Shown: piece by piece, positions 1 through 8,925 of the stretch
Layout of the letters: the number at the start of each line of letters is the position of its first letter
Numbering within the stretch: position 1 is the stretch's first letter
NCBI GenBank assembly: GCA_903885565.1
Contig: CAISJI010000230.1
Span: forward strand, 5,177-69,176
Direction of reading: 5' to 3'
Source: an uncultured Planctomycetaceae bacterium
GTDB taxonomy: Bacteria > Planctomycetota > Planctomycetia > Pirellulales > UBA1268
DNA: 64,000 nucleotides
Position numbers and translations under genes: made by a program
Notes under the pieces: model-generated
The model's input: only the letters and a program-made list of their open reading frames with translations
Told to the model about the DNA's origin: nothing
Databases searched by the model: none

Positions 1-1008
1 GTCGTAGCCGTCGATGCTGTGCGAAAGTTGCACCACCCGCACCCCCTGTTCCACAAGCCGGCGGGCGATCAGGCAGCCCTTGCCAAATTCACTGTCGCCG
101 TAGAGCCGGCGGGTCTGTTCTGATTCCTGCGAAACATCGAACACCTCCGGCACCGACAACTGCATCCGAAAGGCCATCTCCAGCGCGTGGATGCCCGCCT
201 CCAGATTCTGATCCTGCTCCATCCGGGCCAGTTGCAGCTGATTGATTTTCGTGAGCAGTTCAATCTGCTCAGCCTGCTGCTCCCGGGAGAGCCCGGCGCT
301 TTTGAGATCGCTGATGACGGCGCCAGGCTGCATGTGCTGGATATTGACGTAGGCCCCGGCATAGGCACCCGGCAGAAAAGCATTCCCCCAGCAGGCCCCC
401 TTGCCCCGCGGCTGGGCCCGGGGAGACATGGCGACGAAGCCCGGCAAGTTCTCCGACTCCGAGCCGAGCCCGTAGGTGAGCCATGAGCCGAGGCTCGGCC
501 GGTTGGGCTGCAGCGACCCGAGATGCGTCATGAGGATCCCACCGGCATGCTCAGGAATGTCGGTGTGCATCGAATGGATGAAGCTGATCTCATCGACACA
601 CGTGGCCACCTCCGGAAAAATGTCGCTCACCCACTTGCCACACTGGCCATACTTTTTAAATCCAAAGGGGGAGGGCATCAGCCCCATCTTTGTGTTTCGC
701 AACGATTTCCGATCGACCAGCGCCGGCCGCTCGCCGGCATGCGTGGCCAGCAGCGGCTTGTGATCGAAGGTGTCGACCTGCGACGGTCCGCCCGGCATGA
801 AGAGCTGGATCAGCCGCTTGGCCCGCGGGGCAAAATGCGGGAGTTTGGGGGCCAGTGGCGAGCCCGCCGCCGTGGCCGCACTCGTTCCTCCGAGCGTGGC
901 AGCCAGCCCGATGGCGCCGATGCCTGCGCCCATGGCCCGCAGCGCATCCCGGCGACTGAGGCGCTGCCGGGCGAGGCGGTAGGCGAGTTCGTGCTGGAGA
1001 AATTGCAT
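1..1008 (-). CDS. DUF1501 family protein (sulfatase-like), Tat signal; 3' end cut by window edge
   Basis: Absent from the ORF track because it runs off the window. Reverse complement from the ATG at 1008 reads MQFLQHELAYRLARQRLSRRDALRAMGAGIGAIGLAA...APRAKRLIQLFMPGGPSQVDTFDHKP...ISFIHSMHTD...LPGFV. This shows a twin-arginine motif plus the same conserved core as the three other DUF1501 paralogues here. It starts 14 nt downstream of the DUF1553 gene stop. Confidence 0.85.
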   Translation of the reverse strand, partial: MQFLQHELAYRLARQRLSRRDALRAMGAGIGAIGLAATLGGTSAATAAGSPLAPKLPHFAPRAKRLIQLFMPGGPSQVDTFDHKPLLATHAGERPALVDRKSLRNTKMGLMPSPFGFKKYGQCGKWVSDIFPEVATCVDEISFIHSMHTDIPEHAGGILMTHLGSLQPNRPSLGSWLTYGLGSESENLPGFVAMSPRAQPRGKGACWGNAFLPGAYAGAYVNIQHMQPGAVISDLKSAGLSREQQAEQIELLTKINQLQLARMEQDQNLEAGIHALEMAFRMQLSVPEVFDVSQESEQTRRLYGDSEFGKGCLIARRLVEQGVRVVQLSHSIDGYD

Positions 1009-1022
1009 GAGAGAACCTCGAA

Positions 1023-3374
1023 TTACTCGATCTGGATCAGTTCGTGGGCGCTCAGCAGCACCTGAGCGTAGCGCTGCCAAGCATGGGGCGATGGATCGGC
1101 GCTCAGCCAGGCGTCTGCCAAGGCGATCTCGGCCGGCTCTGGCGGCCGCGAATAGAGCCGCAGGTAGATCAGGCGGATTTTTTCCGGGAGGTCTCCCGGC
1201 AGGCTGCGCAGCGAATCGCCTAGCACCTGCGCCCGCCCGGTCATAAACGGGCTGTTGAGCATGAAGAGATACTGTTGCGGCACCGTGGTCTCCACCCGCT
1301 GCTCCGCCGATGATACGGCGGCTGGCGCATCAAACATTCTCAAGAACCGGTCGGCGTGAAACACCTCGCCAGTACGGCTGGTGCTGGCATAGAGCGTGCG
1401 GCGGTTGCTCTGCCAGATCTCATTGGCAGGCGGACCACCGACGCTCCGGTCGAGTTCACCGGTGACAGCCAGCAGCGAATCCCGCCAGGCCTCAACTTCC
1501 AGTTTTCTCGGGGACATTCGCCACAGCAGCCTGTTGTCGCCGTCGCGGGCAAACTTCGCCGCGTCAAAGCCGCTGCTCACCTGCCAAGCAGACGAGAGCA
1601 GAATCTGCCGGTGAAGCCGCTTGAGCGACCATCCATGCTCGACACAATCAGCCGCCAGCCAATCGAGCAGTTCGGGGTGGGTCGGCTTGTCTCCCAGCAC
1701 GCCGAAATTGCTCGGCGTCCGCACGAGCCCCTTGCCGAAGTGCCAACCCCACACGCGATTGACGATCACACGGGGGGTGAGGGGGTTGTCGGGAGCAACG
1801 ACGGAGCGGGCCAGCTCCAGCCGGCCGCTGCCGAGGGCGTAGGAAGTTGCGTCTGCGCCGGCCACAATTTCCAGAAACCGGCGCGGCGCCATCTCTCCCG
1901 GCTTGCGGAGATCGCCACGCAGGGCCACGGGCATGTCAGCGCTGCCAATATCTTTGAGCCCTGTCAGCGTGGCATACATCGCCGGTGCGGCCTGCTTCCG
2001 CCGCTCCAGGTCGGCCCGCAGTTCGGCCAGCTCCGCTTTCAGACTTTCATCGATCGATTGCTCCAGCTTCGCTGGCTCAATTCCCAAACGCGAGGCGGTT
2101 GACGCCAGCCATTTTTCGATGCTCTTCTCCTGAGTCTTGAGCGACTGCTGGCCAGCTTCGTAGGCATCGATCTCCGTCTGCGGAGCGGATGGAAAATCCT
2201 GCAGGCCGGTGTTGCGAAAGACGCCGGCAATGGCGTAGTAGTCTTTCGCCGTGATGGGGTCGAACTTGTGGTCGTGGCAGCGGGCACAGGCCACGGTGAG
2301 GCCGAGCAGGCCACGGGAGAAGGTATCGACGCGGTCGGCGAGCGTCTCGGCCTCCGCCTGTGCTTGCGCCTCGGCATCGCCGCCGTCTGAGGAGTAGGTG
2401 GGGCCGCAGGCAAACAGGCCGGTGGCCGCGGGATCGGGCACGCCCTCGAGCAGATCGCCGGCGATCTGCCGGGTGAGGAACTGATCGTAGGGCAGGTCGG
2501 CATTGAGTGCCTGCACCACCCAATCGCGATAGCGCCATGTGCTGGCGATCGCTTTGGCATCAAAGCCACCATGCACATCGCTGTAGCGGGCCACATCAAG
2601 CCAGTGGCGGGCCCACCGCTCGCCGTAAGCATCAGAGGCGAGCAGCGCATCGACCACCTTGGCAAACGCCTCGGGGGAGTCGTCAGCCAGAAACGCCGCC
2701 ACCTGCTCTGGAGTCGGGGGCAGCCCGGTCAGGTCGAGAGCGGCCCGCCTGATCAACAGGTGCTTCTCGGCCGGGAGATTGGGAGCCAGGCCGGCAGCCT
2801 CGAGCCCGGCGAGAACGAAGTGATCGATTTCCGTACGGGTCCAGGTGCCGTCCTGCACTGCCGGTACGGGCGGCTTCACGATCGGCCGAAACGCCCAGTG
2901 CTCCCGGCGGATTTTTTCCCAGTCGTAAGGGGCGCGGGCTTGAGTTGGAGAAGCCTCTTCAGCCACCTCACTCCCCGGCCACGGAGCCCCCATCTGCACC
3001 CACGTCGTCAGCACCGCAATCTCATCCGGGCGGAGTTTCGCCTCCGGGGGCATCGCCATGTCTTCGTTGGCATAGCGGACCGCCTCCACTACGAGGCTTT
3101 TATCCGGCTCTCCAGGCACAACCGCCGCCCCTGAATCCCCCCCCTTGAGCAATCCGGCCAGCGAATCGATCCGCAGGCCGGCCATCAGATTCCCTTCCGC
3201 CTCAGCCGCCGCCGAATGGCAACTGAAGCAGTTTTCAACCAACAGGGGACGGACCTTATTTTCAAAAAACTCCACCTGCTCTGGGGGGAGGGGGTGCGCG
3301 GGGAGATCGTCTGCCGGCGACGGTCCTGCCAGAGCGACGAGGGCCGCGAACCACAGCGGAAATATTCGGTTCAT
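1023..3374 (-). CDS. PSCyt1 / DUF1549 / DUF1553 multidomain protein (two CxxCH motifs)
   Basis: Track ORF 1023..3539. The ATG at 3374 gives the signal peptide MNRIFPLWFAALVALAGPSPA. It has the N-terminal CFSCH motif, DLTGLPPTPEQV (DUF1549-type), a central CARCHDHKFDPI, and a C-terminal DUF1553-type region (NPLTPRVIVNRVWGWHFG...HPELLDWLA). Confidence 0.9.
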   Translation of the reverse strand: MNRIFPLWFAALVALAGPSPADDLPAHPLPPEQVEFFENKVRPLLVENCFSCHSAAAEAEGNLMAGLRIDSLAGLLKGGDSGAAVVPGEPDKSLVVEAVRYANEDMAMPPEAKLRPDEIAVLTTWVQMGAPWPGSEVAEEASPTQARAPYDWEKIRREHWAFRPIVKPPVPAVQDGTWTRTEIDHFVLAGLEAAGLAPNLPAEKHLLIRRAALDLTGLPPTPEQVAAFLADDSPEAFAKVVDALLASDAYGERWARHWLDVARYSDVHGGFDAKAIASTWRYRDWVVQALNADLPYDQFLTRQIAGDLLEGVPDPAATGLFACGPTYSSDGGDAEAQAQAEAETLADRVDTFSRGLLGLTVACARCHDHKFDPITAKDYYAIAGVFRNTGLQDFPSAPQTEIDAYEAGQQSLKTQEKSIEKWLASTASRLGIEPAKLEQSIDESLKAELAELRADLERRKQAAPAMYATLTGLKDIGSADMPVALRGDLRKPGEMAPRRFLEIVAGADATSYALGSGRLELARSVVAPDNPLTPRVIVNRVWGWHFGKGLVRTPSNFGVLGDKPTHPELLDWLAADCVEHGWSLKRLHRQILLSSAWQVSSGFDAAKFARDGDNRLLWRMSPRKLEVEAWRDSLLAVTGELDRSVGGPPANEIWQSNRRTLYASTSRTGEVFHADRFLRMFDAPAAVSSAEQRVETTVPQQYLFMLNSPFMTGRAQVLGDSLRSLPGDLPEKIRLIYLRLYSRPPEPAEIALADAWLSADPSPHAWQRYAQVLLSAHELIQIE

Positions 3375-3563
3375 TGGCCCGCCAAACCCCAGAAACAGCT
3401 TCGTACCCCGGAAACCTGTGCACTCATAATCATACCCGCGGCGAAACCCCCGCCTCCCACCCAACCGCTGCAATCTGCATGAGCGAATTGCAAAATGCGG
3501 CATTCCCCCCCAGCCACAGGCTTTGGATGGCTGCCACAAGAGCCTGTTTTTTGGCCTCTAGAT

Positions 3564-3694
3564 GCCCGTGGAAAAAGTCTTCTAGGCACCTCTGGATTGA
3601 AGACAGTCCGCTCGGTCGTCCGGTGGAAAAGCCGAGGTTTTCCACGGTCGACGGGCATCGCATCCAGCGATGCTGCACTTTATCCACAGCCTGC
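3564..3694 (+). repeat. MITE-like repeat, full copy 1 (about 131 bp) with imperfect terminal inverted repeats
   Basis: The 5' end is gcccgtggaaaaagtc and the 3' end is cactttatccacagcctgc, which are about 12/16 inverted matches. Internal stems are ccgtggaaaa/ttttccacgg and gcatcgc-atcca-gcgatgc. It is colinear with 52141..52276, and its ends match 54457..54498. Confidence 0.7.
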
Positions 3695-3752
3695 AACCAT
3701 TTTATTTGTGTTTGGCACGACAGATGCAATCCCGAGGAGCAGTGAACCGTGA

Positions 3753-4478
3753 ATGAAGCTTGCGGGGAACCCCGACTGCGTGGCGCGGTGGGGGGAGGAT
3801 GCCCGGGGGCCGCACGAGGGAGACAAAGCAATGGTTTGGGCTACAACTGAGCTGGGTGTTTTTCATGCCGGGCAGGCGGCGCTTCAAAATGCCGGTGATT
3901 CATCCGATGAAGCGCTGATGGAGCGGCTGCGTTCAAGCGTGGACGAACCGGCGTTTGAGGAGTTGGTCTACCGCTATCAGCAGGAACTCTGCGGGTATCT
4001 GCGCCGGTATCTCGGAAATGCCGAGATGGCCGAGGATGTCTGCCAAGACACCTTTCTCCGCGTCCATCTCCATCGCGATTCATTTACCGAGGGAAAACGG
4101 TTTCGCCCCTGGCTCTACGCGATCGCCACCCATCAGGCAATCGATGCCTGCCGCAGTTCCCGCCGCCACAGAATGCAACATCTGGACGTGGTTCTGGGCG
4201 GCGGCGCCAACGATGCGACTCTCCTTGACCTCTGCGCTGGATCGGATGAAACCGCCACCGAACAGGCGGAGCGCACTGAAACCCGGGAGTGGGTCACCGC
4301 CGCCGTCGCGGCGCTTCCCGAACCGATGCAGGCACCCCTCAACCTCGTCTATATCCGCGGGCTCAAGTATCGGGAGGTTGCCGAGGAGTTGGGGCTGCCG
4401 CTGGGCACTGTGAAAAGCCGGCTCCACGCGGCCCTTCACAAACTCCACCATTCCTGGACCGCCAGCGAGGTGGGGTGA
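3753..4478 (+). CDS. ECF-type RNA polymerase sigma-70 family factor
   Basis: Region 2 reads FEELVYRYQQELCGYLRRYLGNAEMAEDVCQDTFLRVH...RPWLYAIATHQAID. Region 4 reads LVYIRGLKYREVAEELGLPLGTVKSRLHAALHKL. The start is uncertain, with in-frame ATGs at 3831 and 3918. No adjacent anti-sigma gene is present. Confidence 0.85.
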   Translation: MKLAGNPDCVARWGEDARGPHEGDKAMVWATTELGVFHAGQAALQNAGDSSDEALMERLRSSVDEPAFEELVYRYQQELCGYLRRYLGNAEMAEDVCQDTFLRVHLHRDSFTEGKRFRPWLYAIATHQAIDACRSSRRHRMQHLDVVLGGGANDATLLDLCAGSDETATEQAERTETREWVTAAVAALPEPMQAPLNLVYIRGLKYREVAEELGLPLGTVKSRLHAALHKLHHSWTASEVG

Positions 4479-4504
4479 GGTGTGCGGGCTGCCCGCCAGC
4501 CGCG

Positions 4505-5965
4505 TCAGCGTTTGCCGGCCGACACCACCTTGAGCGCAGCCAGCGCCCGCGTGCGGGCTTCGGCATGGTTGACGATCGGTTCGGGATAGTCGCGGCCGAT
4601 GCGCATGCCGGCCCGCTCCAGTTCCAGCGGCCTGCCTGCGGCCGGTTCGTGGATATCGGCGGCAGAGAGCTGCGCCAGCTCCGGTACATACCGCTTGATA
4701 TAGAGCCCGTCGGGATCGAATTTTTTACTTTGGCTCGTCGGATTGAAGATCCGGAAATAAGGGGCCGCGTCGGCACCACATCCGGCCGCCCACTGCCAGC
4801 CGAGCGTGTTGGCGGCCAGATCGGCATCGAGGAGTGTGTCCCAAAACCAGCGGGCCCCCTCCTGCCAGGAGATCCGCAGATCCTTGACCAGAAAACTGGC
4901 CACAATCATGCGCACCCGGTTGTGCATCCAGCCGGTCTCCCACAACTGCCGCATCCCGGCATCGACCACCGGATATCCCGTCCGCCCCCGCTGCCACGCC
5001 CGCAGCCCCACCGGATCATCCACCCAGGGAAAGCGCGCGTAATCGGCCCGCAGCGGCTGCGTGGGGGTGTGCGGAAAGTGAAAGAGGAGGTGCGTGGCGA
5101 ATTCCCGCCAGCCGATCTCGCGCAGATAGACTTCCGCGCTGCCGACCAGCTCCTTGGCCGGCCGGCCGCCGGCGCCAGCCCGCACCGCATGCCAGATTCG
5201 CCGTGGCGAGATCTCGCCATAGTGGAGGTGGGGGCTCAGGGCGCTCGTGCCGGTTTGATCGGGCCGGTCGCGCGCGGTGCCATAGGCGGCGATCGGCCCG
5301 CTCACAAACTGCTCCAGCCGCTGCTTTGCCTCTGCTTCCCCCGGCCTCCAGAGGCTGCGCATGCCACCGGCCCAGTCGATCCGCGGCAGAAGATCCAGCT
5401 CGCCAAGGGCCACCGAAGCCGCCGCCGCCCGCTTGGCCGCCGGCAGCGTCGCCAGCCGGCTGGGGGCAGCCACAGGCTCCGCCGGCTCGGACCGGGCCAA
5501 CAGACTGCGCCAAAACGGAGTGAAAACCTGATAGGGCTTGCCCTCCTTCGTGGCCACCTGCTGCGGCTCAAACAGCAGGCTCCCGTTGAAGCTCTCGACC
5601 TGCAGGCCGGCGGTGATCAGTGACTGTTTGATCTGCGTGTCGCGTTTGATGACAGCCGGCTCATAGCGCCGGTTCCAGGCCACATGTGTGGCCGACACCT
5701 CGCTGGCCAGTGCCCGCAGGGCGGCCAGACTCGGGCCGCGACGAATCAGCAGTGGCGCACCCGCCGCAGCGAGCTGCCGCGCGAGGCTTTCAAGCGCTCC
5801 ATGGAGCCACCAGCACGAGGCAGCCCCCGGCTCCCACGGCGCTTCTTCCCCCGGCTCCCAGATGAAGACCGGCACCACGGCGCCACGGGCAGCCGCGGCG
5901 GCAAGCGCCGGGTTGTCATCGAGCCGCAGGTCGTGACGAAACCACACAATCGTGACCGGGGGCAT
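4505..5965 (-). CDS. phr: Deoxyribodipyrimidine photolyase (class I CPD photolyase/cryptochrome family)
   Basis: The N-terminus is IVWFRHDLRLDDNPAL. The FAD-binding C-terminal region is GYPVVDAGMRQLWETGWMHNRVRMIVASFLVKDL...DADLAANTLGWQWAAGCGADAAPYFRIFNP. Confidence 0.9.
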   Translation of the reverse strand: MPPVTIVWFRHDLRLDDNPALAAAAARGAVVPVFIWEPGEEAPWEPGAASCWWLHGALESLARQLAAAGAPLLIRRGPSLAALRALASEVSATHVAWNRRYEPAVIKRDTQIKQSLITAGLQVESFNGSLLFEPQQVATKEGKPYQVFTPFWRSLLARSEPAEPVAAPSRLATLPAAKRAAAASVALGELDLLPRIDWAGGMRSLWRPGEAEAKQRLEQFVSGPIAAYGTARDRPDQTGTSALSPHLHYGEISPRRIWHAVRAGAGGRPAKELVGSAEVYLREIGWREFATHLLFHFPHTPTQPLRADYARFPWVDDPVGLRAWQRGRTGYPVVDAGMRQLWETGWMHNRVRMIVASFLVKDLRISWQEGARWFWDTLLDADLAANTLGWQWAAGCGADAAPYFRIFNPTSQSKKFDPDGLYIKRYVPELAQLSAADIHEPAAGRPLELERAGMRIGRDYPEPIVNHAEARTRALAALKVVSAGKR

Positions 5966-6017
5966 GGGCTGTTTCCTTCCTCGCAGGAGATCCTTGTGCC
6001 CCGGCAGTGTAGCGAGA

Positions 6018-6402
6018 CGGCGGCGAAGGGGTCAGCGAACCCTTGAGGAGAACCGAGCGGCTGCGACCCAAGTGACGAAACCAGCGCCGTCCCGCAGCCG
6101 ATGCACCACGGAAGGCGGTGCGAACCGAACACAGCGAGTACGGAGGCGGAGGGATCGGCGAACGCTCGAGGAGCGTTAGCGACGAGACTTTTGCCGTCTT
6201 TAGGATACGCGGACAAAGCCATCCATGGCCTTTGTCCACTGAGGTCGGCCGAGAGAAACGCCAAGGGTTTCCCTGGCCGACGGGCATCGCATCCGGCGAT
6301 GCCTTGCTCCAGCGAGTGACTGAGGCGGAGGGATCGGCGAACGCTCGAGGAGCGTTAGCGACGAGACTTTTGCCGTCCCGCAGCCGAGGCACCACGGAAG
6401 GC
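6018..6402. repeat. Cluster of short intergenic direct repeats (REP-like)
   Basis: The 56-bp unit gaggcggagggatcggcgaacgctcgaggagcgttagcgacgagacttttgccgtc is identical at 6143..6198 and 6322..6377. The 31-bp unit gccgtcccgcagccgaKgcaccacggaaggc occurs at 6086..6116 and 6373..6402, and a diverged unit sits at about 6018..6085. Each unit holds a small hairpin, aacgctc-gag-gagcgtt. Confidence 0.8.
6244..6305 (+). repeat. Partial copy (central hairpin part) of the MITE-like repeat
   Basis: gtcggccgagagaaacgccaagggtttccctggccgacgggcatcgcatccggcgatgcc matches the central part of 3564..3694 and 52141..52276. The terminal inverted repeats are missing. Confidence 0.5.
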
Positions 6403-6456
6403 ACCGTCTTGGGCTGTATTCGATCCAGAGGGCCATAGATCGACTTTTACAGCAGG

Positions 6457-7887
6457 CTATATCAGATCGCGCACCACATGGCCGTGCACGTCGGTCAGGC
6501 GAAAGTCGCGGCCTTGGGCGCGGATCGTGAGCTTGGTGTGGTCGATCCCCAGCTGATGGAGGAGCGTGGCATGGAGATCGTGCACCGTGACCGGATTCTC
6601 CACGACGCCGTAGCCGAGTTCGTCGGTGGCGCCATAGGTAATCCCCCCCTTGATACCGCCGCCGGCCAGCCAGATCGAAAAGGCCTTCATGTGGTGGTCG
6701 CGGCCATCCCCCTGCGCCATCGGAGTGCGGCCGAATTCGGTGCCAAACACAACGAGCGTTTCGTCGAGCATGCCGCGCCGGGCCAGATCCTCCACCAGCG
6801 CTGCAGCGCCGCGATCGACTTCCGCCGCCGTGCCCTGCACGTGCTGCTTGACCGCCCCGTGATGGTCCCAATCGCGGTGGTAGAGCTGGATGAACCGCAC
6901 GCCCCGCTCAGCCAGCCGGCGGGCCAGCAGGCAGTTGGCGGCAAAGGAGCCATCGCCCCCTTGAGTGCCATAGAGATCAAATGTGCTCTGCGGCTCATCC
7001 GAAAGATCGACCAGCTCCGGCACGCTCGACTGCATCTGGAAGGCCAGCTCATACTGCGCGAGCCGGGCGGCGATCTCCGGATCGTTGGCCCACTCTCCCC
7101 GCAGGTTGTCGAGCCGGGTCACCGCGTCGACCACATCGCGTTGCCGGGCCGGCGCCACGCCGGCTGGCGACTTCACGTAAAAAACAGGATCGCCCTGCGA
7201 GCGGAACGACACTCCCTGAAACCGGCTGGGGAGCAGGCCCGAATGCCACTGCCGGCTGGCGATCGGCTGCTTCTGGCCAAAGTTTCCGGTGCTGACCATC
7301 ACGACAAATCCGGGCAGGTTCTGGGCATCGCTGCCGAGGCCATACCAGAGCCAGCTGCCCGCCGCCGGCCGCCCGGAGATCATCGATCCGGTATTCATGA
7401 AGGTGTGGGCGGGATCGTGGTTGATCGCCTCGGTGTGCATCGAACGCACGATCGCGATCCGGTCGGCGATCCGCGCCGAGATTTCCGGAAAAATGGTTCC
7501 GATCTCCTGACCGCTTTGCCCTACGCGGCGGAAGGGATGCTGGGGGGCCAGACAGGTGAGCTTGGAGCCTTGCAGCTGCGCGATCTGCTGGCCGGAAGTG
7601 AAGCTCTCCGGCATCGGCTGGCCATGCATTGCCGCCAGCTTCGGCTTGTGGTCGAAGGTGTCGAGATGCGTCATGCCGCCAGCCATGTAGAGCCAGATCA
7701 CCCGCTTCGCCTTGGGGGGCACATGAAACGCCTGGATCGCGCCGGGCCACACTCCTGCCGCGGCGCCATCGGCATGGGCGGTGGCAGCGCCACCGGCAAG
7801 CGCACCGACAGCCAGCGCTCCCAGCCCGCCAGCAGCATCCGACAGCAGCCCGCGGCGCGAGAGGAGCGGAGAATGGGGCGTGGGCAT
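6457..7887 (-). CDS. DUF1501 family protein, Tat signal
   Basis: MPTPHSPLLSRRGLLSDAAGGLGALAV (RR motif), then KAKRVIWLYMAGGMTHLDTFDHKP, RSMHTEAINHDPA, LPGFVVM and GRTP...GRDHH. It is a paralogue of 11505..12986 and 39691..41181. Confidence 0.9.
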   Translation of the reverse strand: MPTPHSPLLSRRGLLSDAAGGLGALAVGALAGGAATAHADGAAAGVWPGAIQAFHVPPKAKRVIWLYMAGGMTHLDTFDHKPKLAAMHGQPMPESFTSGQQIAQLQGSKLTCLAPQHPFRRVGQSGQEIGTIFPEISARIADRIAIVRSMHTEAINHDPAHTFMNTGSMISGRPAAGSWLWYGLGSDAQNLPGFVVMVSTGNFGQKQPIASRQWHSGLLPSRFQGVSFRSQGDPVFYVKSPAGVAPARQRDVVDAVTRLDNLRGEWANDPEIAARLAQYELAFQMQSSVPELVDLSDEPQSTFDLYGTQGGDGSFAANCLLARRLAERGVRFIQLYHRDWDHHGAVKQHVQGTAAEVDRGAAALVEDLARRGMLDETLVVFGTEFGRTPMAQGDGRDHHMKAFSIWLAGGGIKGGITYGATDELGYGVVENPVTVHDLHATLLHQLGIDHTKLTIRAQGRDFRLTDVHGHVVRDLI

Positions 7888-8009
7888 GATAAAACCTGTT
7901 CGTGGCGGGGATTTTTGTCTGCAGCGGTCAGGGCTCCCAGGAACCGATTATAGCTCCGTGTTCCCCAGCGCTTGCCCCAGCCCACTCGCAGCCTTTCCCG
8001 AGGCGATCC

Positions 8010-8801
8010 TCAGCGAACCAGCGGCAGTTCGACGGCGGGTGTTTCGGCCACAGTCTTGGGATCCCGCACCTTTTCACTCCCGGCCGTGGAGTCGGGATAG
8101 ACGCGGGCCGTCGCCAGATTGACGCTCCCGGCACTGGCCACGGCTTCGGGATAGTCCTTCGCCTGCGACCAGCCCCACTTCGTCTTCTCCAGTCGCCTGC
8201 CGGCAAACTCCGGCGTCTCGTGGAGTTCGCCGTCCTGAAACGGCCCGGCCCCAAACAACCAGCGGTCCCGCGCATGGCTGGCCATCATTTCCATACCGCT
8301 TTGCCAGACCGGTCGGCCCGACTCCCGTTCGTAGGCATGGAGGCTGATCTTGGCCACGCCCCGCTGTTCCGATCGCTTGGCAATCGCCACATCGGGCGTC
8401 GTCACATTGTGGCCCTGCACCGTCACATTCGTGCCCGGCATTCCCATAATGAGGTCGCAGCGGTCGGTGCCAATGGCGCCGGCCCGAACTTCCACGATCA
8501 CATCGGCCGTCTCCCGCTTCTCGGCGAGAAAACAGCCTGATGCCAGGAACTGATGCCGCAGCGTGCTCACGAGGTATTTCTCATCGTTGGCATCGTCCAT
8601 GATCGCTGCATCGAGAAACACGCTCCGGCCAGACAGCGGGCCGCAATCGATCTGCGTCACGGCCCGCTCGATCGCGCTCGACACGAGCAATTGCTCGGTG
8701 GCGGTGCGTTTCGAATCGCTGGTGCGTGTCACCCCACAGCCAGTCGCTACAAACAGCAGCAGCAGCAGGGGAACGAGCGTTTTCGAGGCGAGCAAGAACA
8801 T
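8010..8801 (-). CDS. Hypothetical lipoprotein embedded in the DUF1553/DUF1501 operon
   Basis: The signal plus lipobox is MFLLASKTLVPLLLLLFVATGC. It lies on the same strand between the DUF1553 and DUF1501 genes. I recognise no family. Confidence 0.6.
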   Translation of the reverse strand: MFLLASKTLVPLLLLLFVATGCGVTRTSDSKRTATEQLLVSSAIERAVTQIDCGPLSGRSVFLDAAIMDDANDEKYLVSTLRHQFLASGCFLAEKRETADVIVEVRAGAIGTDRCDLIMGMPGTNVTVQGHNVTTPDVAIAKRSEQRGVAKISLHAYERESGRPVWQSGMEMMASHARDRWLFGAGPFQDGELHETPEFAGRRLEKTKWGWSQAKDYPEAVASAGSVNLATARVYPDSTAGSEKVRDPKTVAETPAVELPLVR

Positions 8802-8925
8802 GGCCGGCTGTTTCCAGAGTGTGCCGGGAGGCTAGAGATTTCGCCCGGCGGCCACCAGTGCGAAAACGGGGCCAGCCACACCCTCCCGATGAGCTGTTCG
8901 TGGGGGAAATGGCTCGGTCGGTGGT

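Noticed and set aside
523-1065. 180-aa plus-strand ORF and neighbouring small ORFs at the window start
   Set aside because: They are antisense to the edge-truncated DUF1501 gene (1..1008, minus strand). The track omits that gene because it has no stop inside the window.
3680-3688. Perfect DnaA box TTATCCACA (also at 54484..54492) as evidence of a replication origin
   Set aside because: These are single boxes embedded in the terminal repeat of a dispersed element. There is no dnaA/dnaN, no AT-rich unwinding element and no box cluster. The observation is kept only as a property of the repeat.
5966-6456. Possible CRISPR array
   Set aside because: The repeats are of two different lengths (56 and 31 bp), irregularly spaced and interleaved. 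They lack uniform spacers, and no cas genes are in the window. They fit REP/MITE-type intergenic repeats better.
6478-7953. 491-aa plus-strand ORF
   Set aside because: It is exactly antisense to the DUF1501 gene 6457..7887. Its composition is R/G/A/P/H-rich and low in complexity, with no family motifs. This is a high-GC shadow ORF.
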